64,000 nucleotides of DNA, taken from positions 372,001-436,000 of the forward strand of contig OY253671.1 of assembly GCA_958009085.1 (NCBI GenBank), read 5' to 3'. Positions 53,723 through 62,405 of this stretch are shown piece by piece. This stretch comes from Protoeuglena noctilucae (Eukaryota). A program made the position numbers and the translations under genes. Position 1 is the first letter of the stretch. Each line of letters starts with the position of its first letter. The notes under the pieces were generated by a model. That model made no database searches, was not told where the DNA came from, and saw only the letters and a program-made list of their open reading frames with translations.

Positions 53723-54003
53723 ATCTTTACCGAGTCGTGGTTCGTGGTATGGAGAGCGGCGGGGCAGATATATATACCTGACCAGGTTGCTCGGCCCATC
53801 ACGGCGGAGCGCGGCCGTGATGTGGGCCCCAGCGAGCGCAGGGGGGGCTGTGTCCGGCCACGGAGCCAGCCTAGCGAGCCCGTTCGGGCTTTTTTTTTTT
53901 TTCTCGGCTTTTTTTTGTGTTCGGGCCGCGGTTGCCCACGCTTTGACGGCACTTCTGCCGCAAGGCGTGGCTCTGAGAGTCATAGCACCCCTCGACTGTT
54001 GAA

Positions 54004-56256
54004 GCGGCAGCCAAGACGGCAGTCTACCGGCTTGGCAGGGGCGATCACGCCTCATTGGAGGCAGCAGCGGTGGCACGGGGCTGCCGCTGGTCCATGCCCA
54101 CGGGGTTGGGCGTGGGCGTGCGTTACCTGGGTGCCCACACCCGCGATGCCCTGCACCAGGCCTGGACACGCACGCAGGGCGTGATGATCCAGCGCGGCAC
54201 CGCCATCGCAGGGTTGCATCTGTCCATCCAGGGGAGGGCGGGGGCGGCCAGTGCCTATGTGGCAAGCACGGCGAGTTATCTACTCGAGACGTCCCCCGCC
54301 CCCGCCTCTATGGACCAAGAGGCGGAGAAGCTTGTCAACACCCTGGTGCAGGGCAACCGCGCGGCTGGCTCCCTGTGGCGTCGCGCGGCTGACTGCATGG
54401 TCTTTGGCCCGCGCGCTGAGGGTGGGCTGGGGGCGACCCGGCCCACCGTGCATGTCCCAGCGCGCCGCATGCGCACTTTGGCAAAGATTCTCACGGGCGC
54501 GCCGGGCTTTGGCCCGGCTCGCCACATGCTGGACCGGGCCCTGACGGTCCTGGGCGGCCCTGGCGTGGCATGGCTCGCCCGGGACTCCAGGTTGCCCAGC
54601 TCTGCGGGTGCTGCCTTGGCTGCTCGCGTCCCTGGTCCCTCCTACCTTGGGGCGCTTTTGGCGGCCCCTGCCGCGTTCGGCTCCCTTGTGGCCCTCGCCC
54701 CGGCTCGCTCCCCTGTCCCTGAGCCCCAGCCTGCTGCCCAGTTGCCTTCCCTGGAGATCCCATTCTCCCTCCTTACCGACGCAGGCTCCTCGGACTTGCT
54801 GGTCGACGCTGCCACTGGGCTGCCTCTCGCTGATGGCTCGTTCCCGCCGCAGGCTCGGAAGATGGCCAAGGTTCGCCTGGGGTGTGTGGGTCATCTCCTT
54901 CGTGTGCGAGCCGCGGCCGCAGGGCTCAAGATGGCCTGGGACTCCCCGGGCGCCGTGGCCTCGGAGGTGCTGGTGGCGTCGTGGTGCGGGCGGCTGTGGG
55001 GCACGCGCTGGGAGCGGCTGCTGCACCTTCGCTTGGGCGACACGACGTCGGCCAAGGACCCCGTCAAAAGGGTAATAATCCAGGTTTGCAAGGCGCTTGA
55101 GGGGCTGGGCGTTGTGGGCACGCCTGTGCCTCCCCGTGCCAATGCCAGCCGTGTGGTGCTTGAGGGCGTGGCTGAGCAGCTCGTGGGTATCCTGGTTGCG
55201 TGGGACCCTTGGCAGGGCCTGGTTCTGTCCCCTGCGGCCTGCGGCTCCCTCCCTGCTCACCTCCGCTCCCTTGCCGCAGGCCAGGTCCCCTCCCCCGCAG
55301 ACCTGGCGAGGGCGGAGCACACGCTGGCGGCTTACTGCGCGCAGCAGGACTCTCAACTCCTCCCCCGTCCTTCCCGCCCCCAGGCTGCGCCGGTCGCTGC
55401 GCACTCCGCCCCCCGCCTGGCCCCCGAGCCCGCGTGGTGGGCGGAGCTCAACCTGCCCCGTGTCACCCCCTCCACGCAGTGGGTCCTCGAGCCTCATCGG
55501 CGCCCCAACGAAGTGCCCGTCCCCCTTCCGCTCCAGCAGTACACGGTTCGACATGCGGTGGGGGCGGCCTTCGACCGGGCCTCCATCACCTCGCGGCTTG
55601 CCCGCAAGGTGGAGGAGTGGTCCCGGGCCGGGGCGCTCGGGGAGGCCCAGGACGGGCCAGACGGAGTCACGGCGGCGGGCATGCATGCCGCTCTCAAGAC
55701 CATCAACGCTCTCCCCCTGTCTCCGCAGATACACGAGGCGCTGTGGCTGACGCTGGCCGACGCGCGTGCCACCGCATCGCACTGCTACTGGCTCGACCTC
55801 ACCACGTGCCCCCTCCTCCGCAGGGATGGCGAGCAGTGCTCCCACGACGACACGGTCGCCCACGCCTTCTGGGCCTGTGACAGGGCCCAGGAGGTGTGGG
55901 AGGCGGTCAAGGCGGCCGCGCGGGCCCCGGCCCTCTCGGCGCGGGCGGTGTTCCACCTGGTCCCCCCTCCCTCCAGCCGTTTCACGCAGTACTCGTGGGC
56001 GGTCATCGTGGGCGCGGCTTTCAAGCTCATCTGGAGGCGCCGCCAAGAGCTTCGGGAGAACTGGCGCTCCCCGTCGACGCCCGCAGGCCTCAATGCCCAG
56101 CTTGGCGCCATCGTGGCAGCCGAGGTCCAAGACACTCTGGCTGTCACTGGGGCAGGGCGCCTTGCTGCTCTGCTGGGGAAGCGGGGCGACAGGCTCGTCC
56201 TCGCCCACGCCAATGGCCGCAGGTTCTCGTGGCGCGGCTTCCCGGCTGCCGCGTGA
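54004..56256 (+). CDS. C-terminal part of LINE ORF2 (RT end/thumb plus zf-RVT); no start codon
   Basis: AKT..VRYLG (RT domains 6-7), P..EGGLG, and CPL..C..DDTVAHAFWACDRAQEVW CCHC finger; no internal stops. Confidence 0.85.
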   Translation, partial: AAAKTAVYRLGRGDHASLEAAAVARGCRWSMPTGLGVGVRYLGAHTRDALHQAWTRTQGVMIQRGTAIAGLHLSIQGRAGAASAYVASTASYLLETSPAPASMDQEAEKLVNTLVQGNRAAGSLWRRAADCMVFGPRAEGGLGATRPTVHVPARRMRTLAKILTGAPGFGPARHMLDRALTVLGGPGVAWLARDSRLPSSAGAALAARVPGPSYLGALLAAPAAFGSLVALAPARSPVPEPQPAAQLPSLEIPFSLLTDAGSSDLLVDAATGLPLADGSFPPQARKMAKVRLGCVGHLLRVRAAAAGLKMAWDSPGAVASEVLVASWCGRLWGTRWERLLHLRLGDTTSAKDPVKRVIIQVCKALEGLGVVGTPVPPRANASRVVLEGVAEQLVGILVAWDPWQGLVLSPAACGSLPAHLRSLAAGQVPSPADLARAEHTLAAYCAQQDSQLLPRPSRPQAAPVAAHSAPRLAPEPAWWAELNLPRVTPSTQWVLEPHRRPNEVPVPLPLQQYTVRHAVGAAFDRASITSRLARKVEEWSRAGALGEAQDGPDGVTAAGMHAALKTINALPLSPQIHEALWLTLADARATASHCYWLDLTTCPLLRRDGEQCSHDDTVAHAFWACDRAQEVWEAVKAAARAPALSARAVFHLVPPPSSRFTQYSWAVIVGAAFKLIWRRRQELRENWRSPSTPAGLNAQLGAIVAAEVQDTLAVTGAGRLAALLGKRGDRLVLAHANGRRFSWRGFPAAA

Positions 56257-57122
56257 GCGGCCGGGAAGGTCCGCGTTGCAGGTCCGTGTGGGAGGGCGTC
56301 CCAGGGGCAGTGCCAGCAGCTGCAGGTAAGACCCAGGTGAGGCCGCAACAGGTGGGGGCTCGCCAGCGTATTCCATGGCGCCATATGCATGCTTTGCTGT
56401 GTCCTGGCGCAGCTGTACACCTTCTGCTGGCGGGGGACGTGCTAGGCTGCCACGGCAAGGTGCGCCCCACCGGGTCTGCTAGATGGCACTCCTGTGATGG
56501 TGTGGGTAGCCTGCTCGCGCGTGCGCGGGACGTGGTGAGTCTGCACATGTTCTTTCGGTGCTTCTTGGACGTGCAGGAGTTCAAGGTCGCCGGTCCTCCA
56601 GGGCCCAAAGTCCGGGTTCGGTCTCTAGGGACAGTGGTTATTGCCCGTCGGTGCTCGTTCCGGGGTGCCCGCAAGGAAACCTCGGGCGGGCGCCGGCGGG
56701 CGGGAGCCTAGTAGAGTCGGGAGCAGTAGCCGAGGGTTTCACGTCATGTTCGGAGTGTTGCAAAGGCTGCGGCGCCCCCCTCGTGGGACAGAACGGGGGA
56801 CCCAGGTCCCCGAGATCCGGTCCCCCCAGTCCCTTGGGCGCGCCACTCCCCTAGCGCACGCGTTCAGGTGGCCTGATGACGCTTCCGCCCCCGGGCCGCT
56901 TTGCAAAGCTCCCTCGCACTCTCTGAGTGTGGATCCCTAGGGGCCAGTGGGGGGGTTCGCCCCCCTGTGCCCGGCACCCGCGGCGGGAAATGACGAGCTC
57001 GAGATCGTGGTCCCTCACGGGTCACGGTTGGTGTCCAGAGAAGTGAGAGGCACCCGCGTCTGGCACCAGGTGCTGACGTGTCGAGCTCCGATCCCGCCGC
57101 GGGCCTTTTTTTTTTTTTTTTT
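54004..57122 (+). mobile_element. 5'-truncated L1/Tx1-type non-LTR retrotransposon with 12-bp TSD (TCGACTGTTGAA at 53992-54003 and 57123-57134) and 3' oligo(T)
   Basis: ORF2 remnant plus ~850-nt 3' UTR, T-run at 57106-57123, and a flanking direct duplication. Confidence 0.8.
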
Positions 57123-57123
57123 T

Positions 57124-57480
57124 CGACTGTTGAATCGCTCATCATCATCACGCTGTGACCTTGCCGGTATCAGACGTGTTCGGACTGAACCATTGCGCCT
57201 TGAATCTTGGGGGGGGGGGGGGGGGGGATTGCACCAGGCGTGGGCGTTGGGGGAGGGGCTACGTACCTCTCTCTCTTGAACTGCACATCATCATCGGGAG
57301 GGGCTACGTTGGCGTCGGGTGGAGGCGACGGGCGCGGGAGCGACGACATTACGCCTTGAGTCTTGGAGGGGGAGGGGGGGGGGGCGGGGGGGGACGGCGA
57401 CGGGTTGGGTGGTGGTAATGCCGTGTGCGTGGAATCAAGAGGGGGCGCGGGTGGTGGCGTCTCTTGGGCTCGGGGTCGTC
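57124..57480. repeat. Degenerate G-run-rich repeat family, also present at ~63175-63360
   Basis: Recurrent motifs gtacctctctct(g)ttgaactgcacat, catt(a/g)cgccttga(a/g)tcttgg+G-run, ggggctac and ttgcaccaggc; G19 at 57209-57227. Confidence 0.65.
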
Positions 57481-57490
57481 GCTGTTAGAT

Positions 57491-57840
57491 ACTGAGTAGT
57501 CAGAAACAGCAAGTAGGACAAGACAGGGGGAGAAGAGGGGGGATTGTTAGTTTACAAGGGTGGTAACAACGTATCCCACAAACCGTACCGTTGGCCAGAC
57601 GGACACGGCGCCCGCAGATCAAAGAAAAACTGCAACAAAGAAAGGGGAAGAGGGTCAGGACGGAGCACAGGCAGACGGCAGCGGGCGCGAAGATAACCTG
57701 CGGGGATGAGACGGGTCGTAGGTGGTCAGGCAACCTGTGGCTGGGTGACAGTTCGCAAGTCCGCAGGGGAGCCAGGAACTGCACCGAGCGAGGCGCCTGC
57801 CATGGGCCTTTCAACCGAGTCTGACGCGCGCCTCCTGACT
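57491..57840 (-). repeat. 3' pseudo-LTR of the PLE
   Basis: 350-bp direct repeat, identical by eye to 62056-62405. Confidence 0.92.
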
Positions 57841-58369
57841 GGGAAAGCATAGAAAAAGCCGGGCCCTCATAAAAGTATGTGGCTCTCCAGCGTGGTCCTG
57901 CGGAAAAAACAGCAGGGGAGGTCAAGGTTATGTGTGGAGAGGACCTGGGGAGTCTGAACGGGGCATGACAGTGGGAAGAGGGGGAGGGGGAGAGAGGGAA
58001 GGGGTTATGGGCGTTGCCGTCGGAGTGATCCGCAGGGTGGGGAAGGACCGGTGTATCCTACGAGGCGTTGTGGATCTAAAGGGAGTGGTGCTGGCATGAG
58101 GGAGGAAACCAAGTGTGGCCGAGAAAGGAGGGCCAGACTTCTTCCATGGACGGGACAGAAAGGAGGGGTTGAAGAAAGAAAAGTGGGCGGTGCAGCACCC
58201 CAAACGCATTTGCGGTGCGAGTGACCAGAAAAAGCGGGTGGGGTGGTCACATCAAGCGCGAGGTGGTAAAAAAGAAGAAAAAGGGGGGGTACAATAAGGC
58301 TAAGTCTAACTAATGGCACGTGAGCCTGTGCTCTGCCAAGCTAAGAAGATGTGCGTCATAGTAACAATG

Positions 58370-58510
58370 TCCATCTAAGTATCATGACATCTAGAGAATC
58401 TAAATATAAGCAACTTAGTATCTAAGCATCTAAGTATAAGCATCTCAGTGTAACTGTTGTCTAAATACCATCTAAATACCATATTTTAAGTACATTATGT
58501 CTAAGCACCA
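58370..58510. repeat. AT-rich degenerate tandem array, consensus ~(c)ATCTAA(g/a)TA, in the PLE 3' UTR
   Basis: About 10 copies starting near 58372, 58388, 58397, 58418, 58427, 58441, 58458, 58469, 58483 and 58498. Confidence 0.8.
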
Positions 58511-58610
58511 GCATTCCATAAAGTGGCTGGGAGAAAAGGGAAAGAAATACTAACGTTATATTTATTAAGTGTAAGTTATGAGCGGAAGAGGGGGAAAAAA
58601 TAATGTGAGA

Positions 58611-61600
58611 TCAGGCTGGAGCCCTGATGTTGGCAATGACAGCCCTGAGAAGGCGCTTAGGTGAGAGGCCATATGAGGGCATGGCCCTGCGAAGGCAGTT
58701 CTTAAAGATGTTGATAGTACCACGGCGTGCGTACCCCTTGTTATAGATGAGGTAGCTGATAATATACGCTATCTCCAGGATATAGGAAACAGGTGAGGTA
58801 ATGAAGCTAGCAAGGCGGTGGTGCTGCGTGGAAACAATATTAAGTTTAGAAGTACGGGAAATCCATGCCTGGCGGTGGGGGTAGCGGATGAGGGCAAGGT
58901 GGGTAAACTTGGGACCCCTGCGCTTGTCATAAGCGGAGATGGCGAGGTGGCCAGGGCTACAAGGGTCGGGGTGGATACGTGCGTCGAGGAAAGGGACATC
59001 GTAGCCATCCTGGTCTGCGTTGAGGTGGAGATAGGGGGGATAGATCCCCTTGACCTGCACCGAGGAGGTGGGGCTAATCTCGACCGTCACATGCTGAGTA
59101 GTGTAGAGGAGGGAGGAGAAAGAGGGGTTGCTAATAGAGAGGATGTCATCGGCCATGCGAGCAGTATAAAAGAACTGCTTTGCCATGTCCTGGAAGACAG
59201 GAGTGGCCTGGTGGGCGTGGGAGAGGTGGAAGCGAGCGAGCTGGGCGAGGAAAAGGTACTCCTGGAGGGAGAGGAAGAGGTCCGTAAGGGCGAGTGAAGG
59301 GGATTCGCCCATCGGCGCACCCATAACCTGCCGGCAGCACGCATCACGGCCTGCGCGCACATACACGTTGGAGATGACAAACGATGCAAGTGTATTAACA
59401 TCTGCAGACGAGTAGAAGTTGCCACGGGTTTCTTGAGTGGCGTGGACATGCCTCGTGCCGTGCAGGATATCCCATGACAGGAGGGGGTGGTGCCAGTGGG
59501 CCTGAAGGAGGTGGCACGTGGGGATGAAAAGGACGCAGGTGTGGCGGGCGAGGTCAAGAATAGGGACGTCAACAAGGAGCGCGTGGGTGGCAGACCGGAA
59601 AGCGTTGTCAATGAGGGAGTTCATGGCCGAAATAAGGTCAGCATGGGGAATGTTGGTAAACATGCGCTCGATATCAAACCCAGTAATGCGAGGTGAGGGC
59701 CCCATCATGGCAACATCGAGGGGGACAGTGCTGTTGAAGTGGTCGACAATGGTCTTAAGCCTAGCACTGCGGTCTATAGAGAACGTAGGGAGGGGAGGGG
59801 AGATGCCCAGCAGGTCCCAAAGAGACTTTGTGCCATCACGAAGGAGGGGTTTAATAGCAGTGAGCATGCGGTGAAGCAGCTTGCTGAGGTCTGATATGAC
59901 ACTGGAGCTGCGGGCGTCAGTAATAAAGCGGAGAGTGACGGGGTTCTTGTGGAATTTGACCGTCCCATAATATTTGGAGGGCTGGCGCTTCTTGCGGGCG
60001 TGCTTGACCCGAAGCCTTGCGGCGAGGGTGTCAGCTGCCTGAGAGGCGGTCGTCAGCGACTCCTGCGTGACCGGGGTGAAAATAGCAGCATCATCGAGGT
60101 CAGACAGAAGGCGCTGGGCATAGTGTTTCTTGCACACAATGACCATGTTCTGCGGGTTCTTGTCCATGACCGTGACGATGAAGTCTCTGCGGAAATCAGC
60201 CAGCAAGGACAGGTCATGGGCCCCGAGTGGTGGGAGGTCATGCGGTGGGTGAGGAGTGGAGAAGTCGTGGCTGTCAATGCACATGCGAGCCTGCGATTTG
60301 ACCAATGTGGAGAAGGCAGTGAACTGGTCCATGGAGACTGAGTACGCGCTCGACCACTGCAGGCATGCGGAGTCCACCGAAGCCTCAAACTCTGCACGCA
60401 GAACGTCACGCAGGTGCTCGACCGTGCCATCACCGAAAGGAGCGGCGGGCTTGTGGCGGTAGCTGGCGCCCCGGTGGAAATGTGCGGCGAGATTGGGCGT
60501 AGGCAGAATATCTCCGGAAAGAGTACAAACGTGGCCATCAAGCTTGTGCCTGTCATCATGACGGTGGCAGCCGCAGCCACCCGAGGAAATTCTACGGATC
60601 GTACTATGAGGCAGGCCGTGGATGGAGGAGGCACTACCGAAAACGTGCCTGTTGGCCTTGGGGTAGCGATACACGAGGAGGGGGCGGGTGTTAGCACGGA
60701 CCGCAGGCGGAAGGAGGGGGGCAGCTATAGAAAGAGAAACGTTAAGGTCGTGGTGCAGGCGGTCCTGCGCAGGTAAAAGGTAGTCCCAAACGAGGACAGC
60801 CGGCCTCTTGGATCGCTCCGGCGGGGAAATGACCTTCCGAGCAATGAGCTCTTGGACAATACAATACTTCAGTTTTTGGCGGAAATCAGAAGGGAGGCCG
60901 AAGTTGTGCCAGGTGAGGACAGTGAGGGGCGAGAGAAGGAAGGCGTGCCACGAGAAAAGAAGGTCAATGGAAAAGGATTTCAGCCGGGCCCCCAACGCAG
61001 CAGCCATCGCCTTGGCTAAAGTAATGCTACCATCAGTCAGAGTTCGGGCCATTGCCTCATTGATCACCAGAGTGCGGAAATTCTGGATGGCATAAAGGTA
61101 GTTACGCGAATTGTGCGCAACCGAGGTGAGGTACTGTTGCTGAGGGGAGTTGGCGATCGGCGCAGGGAAAGGGATGGGATCAGGGGATGCATCGAGATGC
61201 AAAAAACGACGCCCCACACGGTTCAGGATGTGGCGGGGCGAGAGGAAAGACGCAACACGCTGAAGCCAAGCATTCTCCGCATGATCCAGAAAAAGTTTCA
61301 CGGCATTGTCATTGGTCTGGAGCTCAGGGGGGACTAATTGCAAAGGAAAGAGCACCATACCTCGAATGCCGTGGAGGACAAAAGCGTGCTGGACCGACCT
61401 TTTTCGCAAACTAAGGTTCCTGTAATAGGTCTTTGCGGTCTGCACGTGGGAAACGTAGCGGTCCATGAAGTGCTGCGTGGTTTGCCCTATGTAAACCTGT
61501 CCATGATACTTCCCTTTGGAAACGGGAACGATTGCGTAAATACCAGCACCGTTAAGTTTGTAAGCAGAAGGAGGAACCTCGGGCGAGGCCTCCTGCCGCA

Positions 61601-61922
61601 AGGAAAACAGCCGGTCTATAGTCCTACAAGCCGGCGAAAAACTCTTAGGGCGCCCGTGGGGATGGAGGGAGGGGAGGGGATGCTTCATGCGATTCAGGTT
61701 CCAGTCAATCATAAAGAGACAATGTTTGTGCCATGAATAGCCGGGCAGCACCCCCTGTATACCCCCGAAAGGGTCGAGACGAGGAAGACCTTGACTCCGC
61801 AGTCCGTAGATGGTCTTGAAGATGCGCTTGGTGAAGTCTTGGCTTGACTCGGAGGAACGACGAACTCCTGACCCGAGGAAAGTCGTCCAATGACGAAGAG
61901 AGAAGGTACTTGAGGTCGCCAT
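58611..61922 (-). CDS. PLE GIY-YIG endonuclease / reverse transcriptase (1103 aa, intact)
   Basis: GIYAIV..QVYIGQT..F.DRY..H; CGCHRH..GHVC; VMDKN; YGTVKFHK..LRFI; GFDIERMFTNIPH; RQVMGAPMGESPS; RMADDIL; PFLD; YDKR. Confidence 0.93.
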   Translation of the reverse strand: MATSSTFSLRHWTTFLGSGVRRSSESSQDFTKRIFKTIYGLRSQGLPRLDPFGGIQGVLPGYSWHKHCLFMIDWNLNRMKHPLPSLHPHGRPKSFSPACRTIDRLFSLRQEASPEVPPSAYKLNGAGIYAIVPVSKGKYHGQVYIGQTTQHFMDRYVSHVQTAKTYYRNLSLRKRSVQHAFVLHGIRGMVLFPLQLVPPELQTNDNAVKLFLDHAENAWLQRVASFLSPRHILNRVGRRFLHLDASPDPIPFPAPIANSPQQQYLTSVAHNSRNYLYAIQNFRTLVINEAMARTLTDGSITLAKAMAAALGARLKSFSIDLLFSWHAFLLSPLTVLTWHNFGLPSDFRQKLKYCIVQELIARKVISPPERSKRPAVLVWDYLLPAQDRLHHDLNVSLSIAAPLLPPAVRANTRPLLVYRYPKANRHVFGSASSIHGLPHSTIRRISSGGCGCHRHDDRHKLDGHVCTLSGDILPTPNLAAHFHRGASYRHKPAAPFGDGTVEHLRDVLRAEFEASVDSACLQWSSAYSVSMDQFTAFSTLVKSQARMCIDSHDFSTPHPPHDLPPLGAHDLSLLADFRRDFIVTVMDKNPQNMVIVCKKHYAQRLLSDLDDAAIFTPVTQESLTTASQAADTLAARLRVKHARKKRQPSKYYGTVKFHKNPVTLRFITDARSSSVISDLSKLLHRMLTAIKPLLRDGTKSLWDLLGISPPLPTFSIDRSARLKTIVDHFNSTVPLDVAMMGPSPRITGFDIERMFTNIPHADLISAMNSLIDNAFRSATHALLVDVPILDLARHTCVLFIPTCHLLQAHWHHPLLSWDILHGTRHVHATQETRGNFYSSADVNTLASFVISNVYVRAGRDACCRQVMGAPMGESPSLALTDLFLSLQEYLFLAQLARFHLSHAHQATPVFQDMAKQFFYTARMADDILSISNPSFSSLLYTTQHVTVEISPTSSVQVKGIYPPYLHLNADQDGYDVPFLDARIHPDPCSPGHLAISAYDKRRGPKFTHLALIRYPHRQAWISRTSKLNIVSTQHHRLASFITSPVSYILEIAYIISYLIYNKGYARRGTINIFKNCLRRAMPSYGLSPKRLLRAVIANIRAPA

Positions 61923-62055
61923 GTCGCCGCCGTGCGCCGTCCGTGGAAATTAGGGTTGGGGAGGAACCTACGCTGCGTTCAGACTAAACGGTGGTTTGGG
62001 GCCGTGGCGCGAACGTACAGGCCCCCACGGATATACCAGGTATCCGTGTTTAAAC

Positions 62056-62405
62056 ACTGAGTAGTCAGAAACAGCAAGTAGGACAAGACAGGGGGAGAAG
62101 AGGGGGGATTGTTAGTTTACAAGGGTGGTAACAACGTATCCCACAAACCGTACCGTTGGCCAGACGGACACGGCGCCCGCAGATCAAAGAAAAACTGCAA
62201 CAAAGAAAGGGGAAGAGGGTCAGGACGGAGCACAGGCAGACGGCAGCGGGCGCGAAGATAACCTGCGGGGATGAGACGGGTCGTAGGTGGTCAGGCAACC
62301 TGTGGCTGGGTGACAGTTCGCAAGTCCGCAGGGGAGCCAGGAACTGCACCGAGCGAGGCGCCTGCCATGGGCCTTTCAACCGAGTCTGACGCGCGCCTCC
62401 TGACT
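62056..62405 (-). repeat. 5' pseudo-LTR of the PLE
   Basis: Direct repeat of 57491-57840. Confidence 0.92.

Larger units (their letters stand above)
53226..53882. repeat. Inverted repeat arms (53226-53352 and 53756-53882) flanking the tRNA pair; also a 32-bp direct repeat at 53133-53164 / 53279-53310
   Basis: Exact 31-nt inverted core at 53265-53295 versus 53813-53843; each arm has a TATA-like segment. Confidence 0.85.
57493..62404 (-). mobile_element. Penelope-like retroelement with N-terminal GIY-YIG (Chlamys/Naiad architecture), direct pLTRs and TSD TAGATAC
   Basis: Single long ORF; direct repeats at 57491-57840 and 62056-62405; TAGATAC at 57486-57492 and 62405-62411; base composition visibly less GC-rich than the host genes. 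Confidence 0.92.

Noticed and set aside
54280..56376. 698-aa minus-strand ORF opposite the LINE ORF
   Set aside because: Antisense shadow in GC-rich coding sequence, with no motifs. The same applies to most long Arg/Pro/Gly-rich ORFs in the track.
56870..56900. CTGATGA in the LINE 3' UTR as a hammerhead core
   Set aside because: No properly placed GAAA or stems II/III.
58370..58510. CRISPR-like array
   Set aside because: Units are short (~9-21 nt spacing) and degenerate, with no unique spacers and no cas genes.
58455..58613. Selenocysteine readthrough of the PLE TGA stop (frame stays open ~50 codons)
   Set aside because: No recognisable SECIS, and the extension has no conserved look.
61995..62030. 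HDV/CPEB3-like ribozyme or U1 stem-loop IV (GGGGGCC..CGTTCGCG..GGCCCC on the minus strand)
   Set aside because: Too few bases between the P1 strands for P2/P3/L3, and no Sm site or other U1 parts. Kept only as a hairpin.
61975..62070. Group I intron R/S-like words (gttcagactaa...gatata / tagtc)
   Set aside because: No P/Q elements, the S motif is broken, and it lies antisense to the element.
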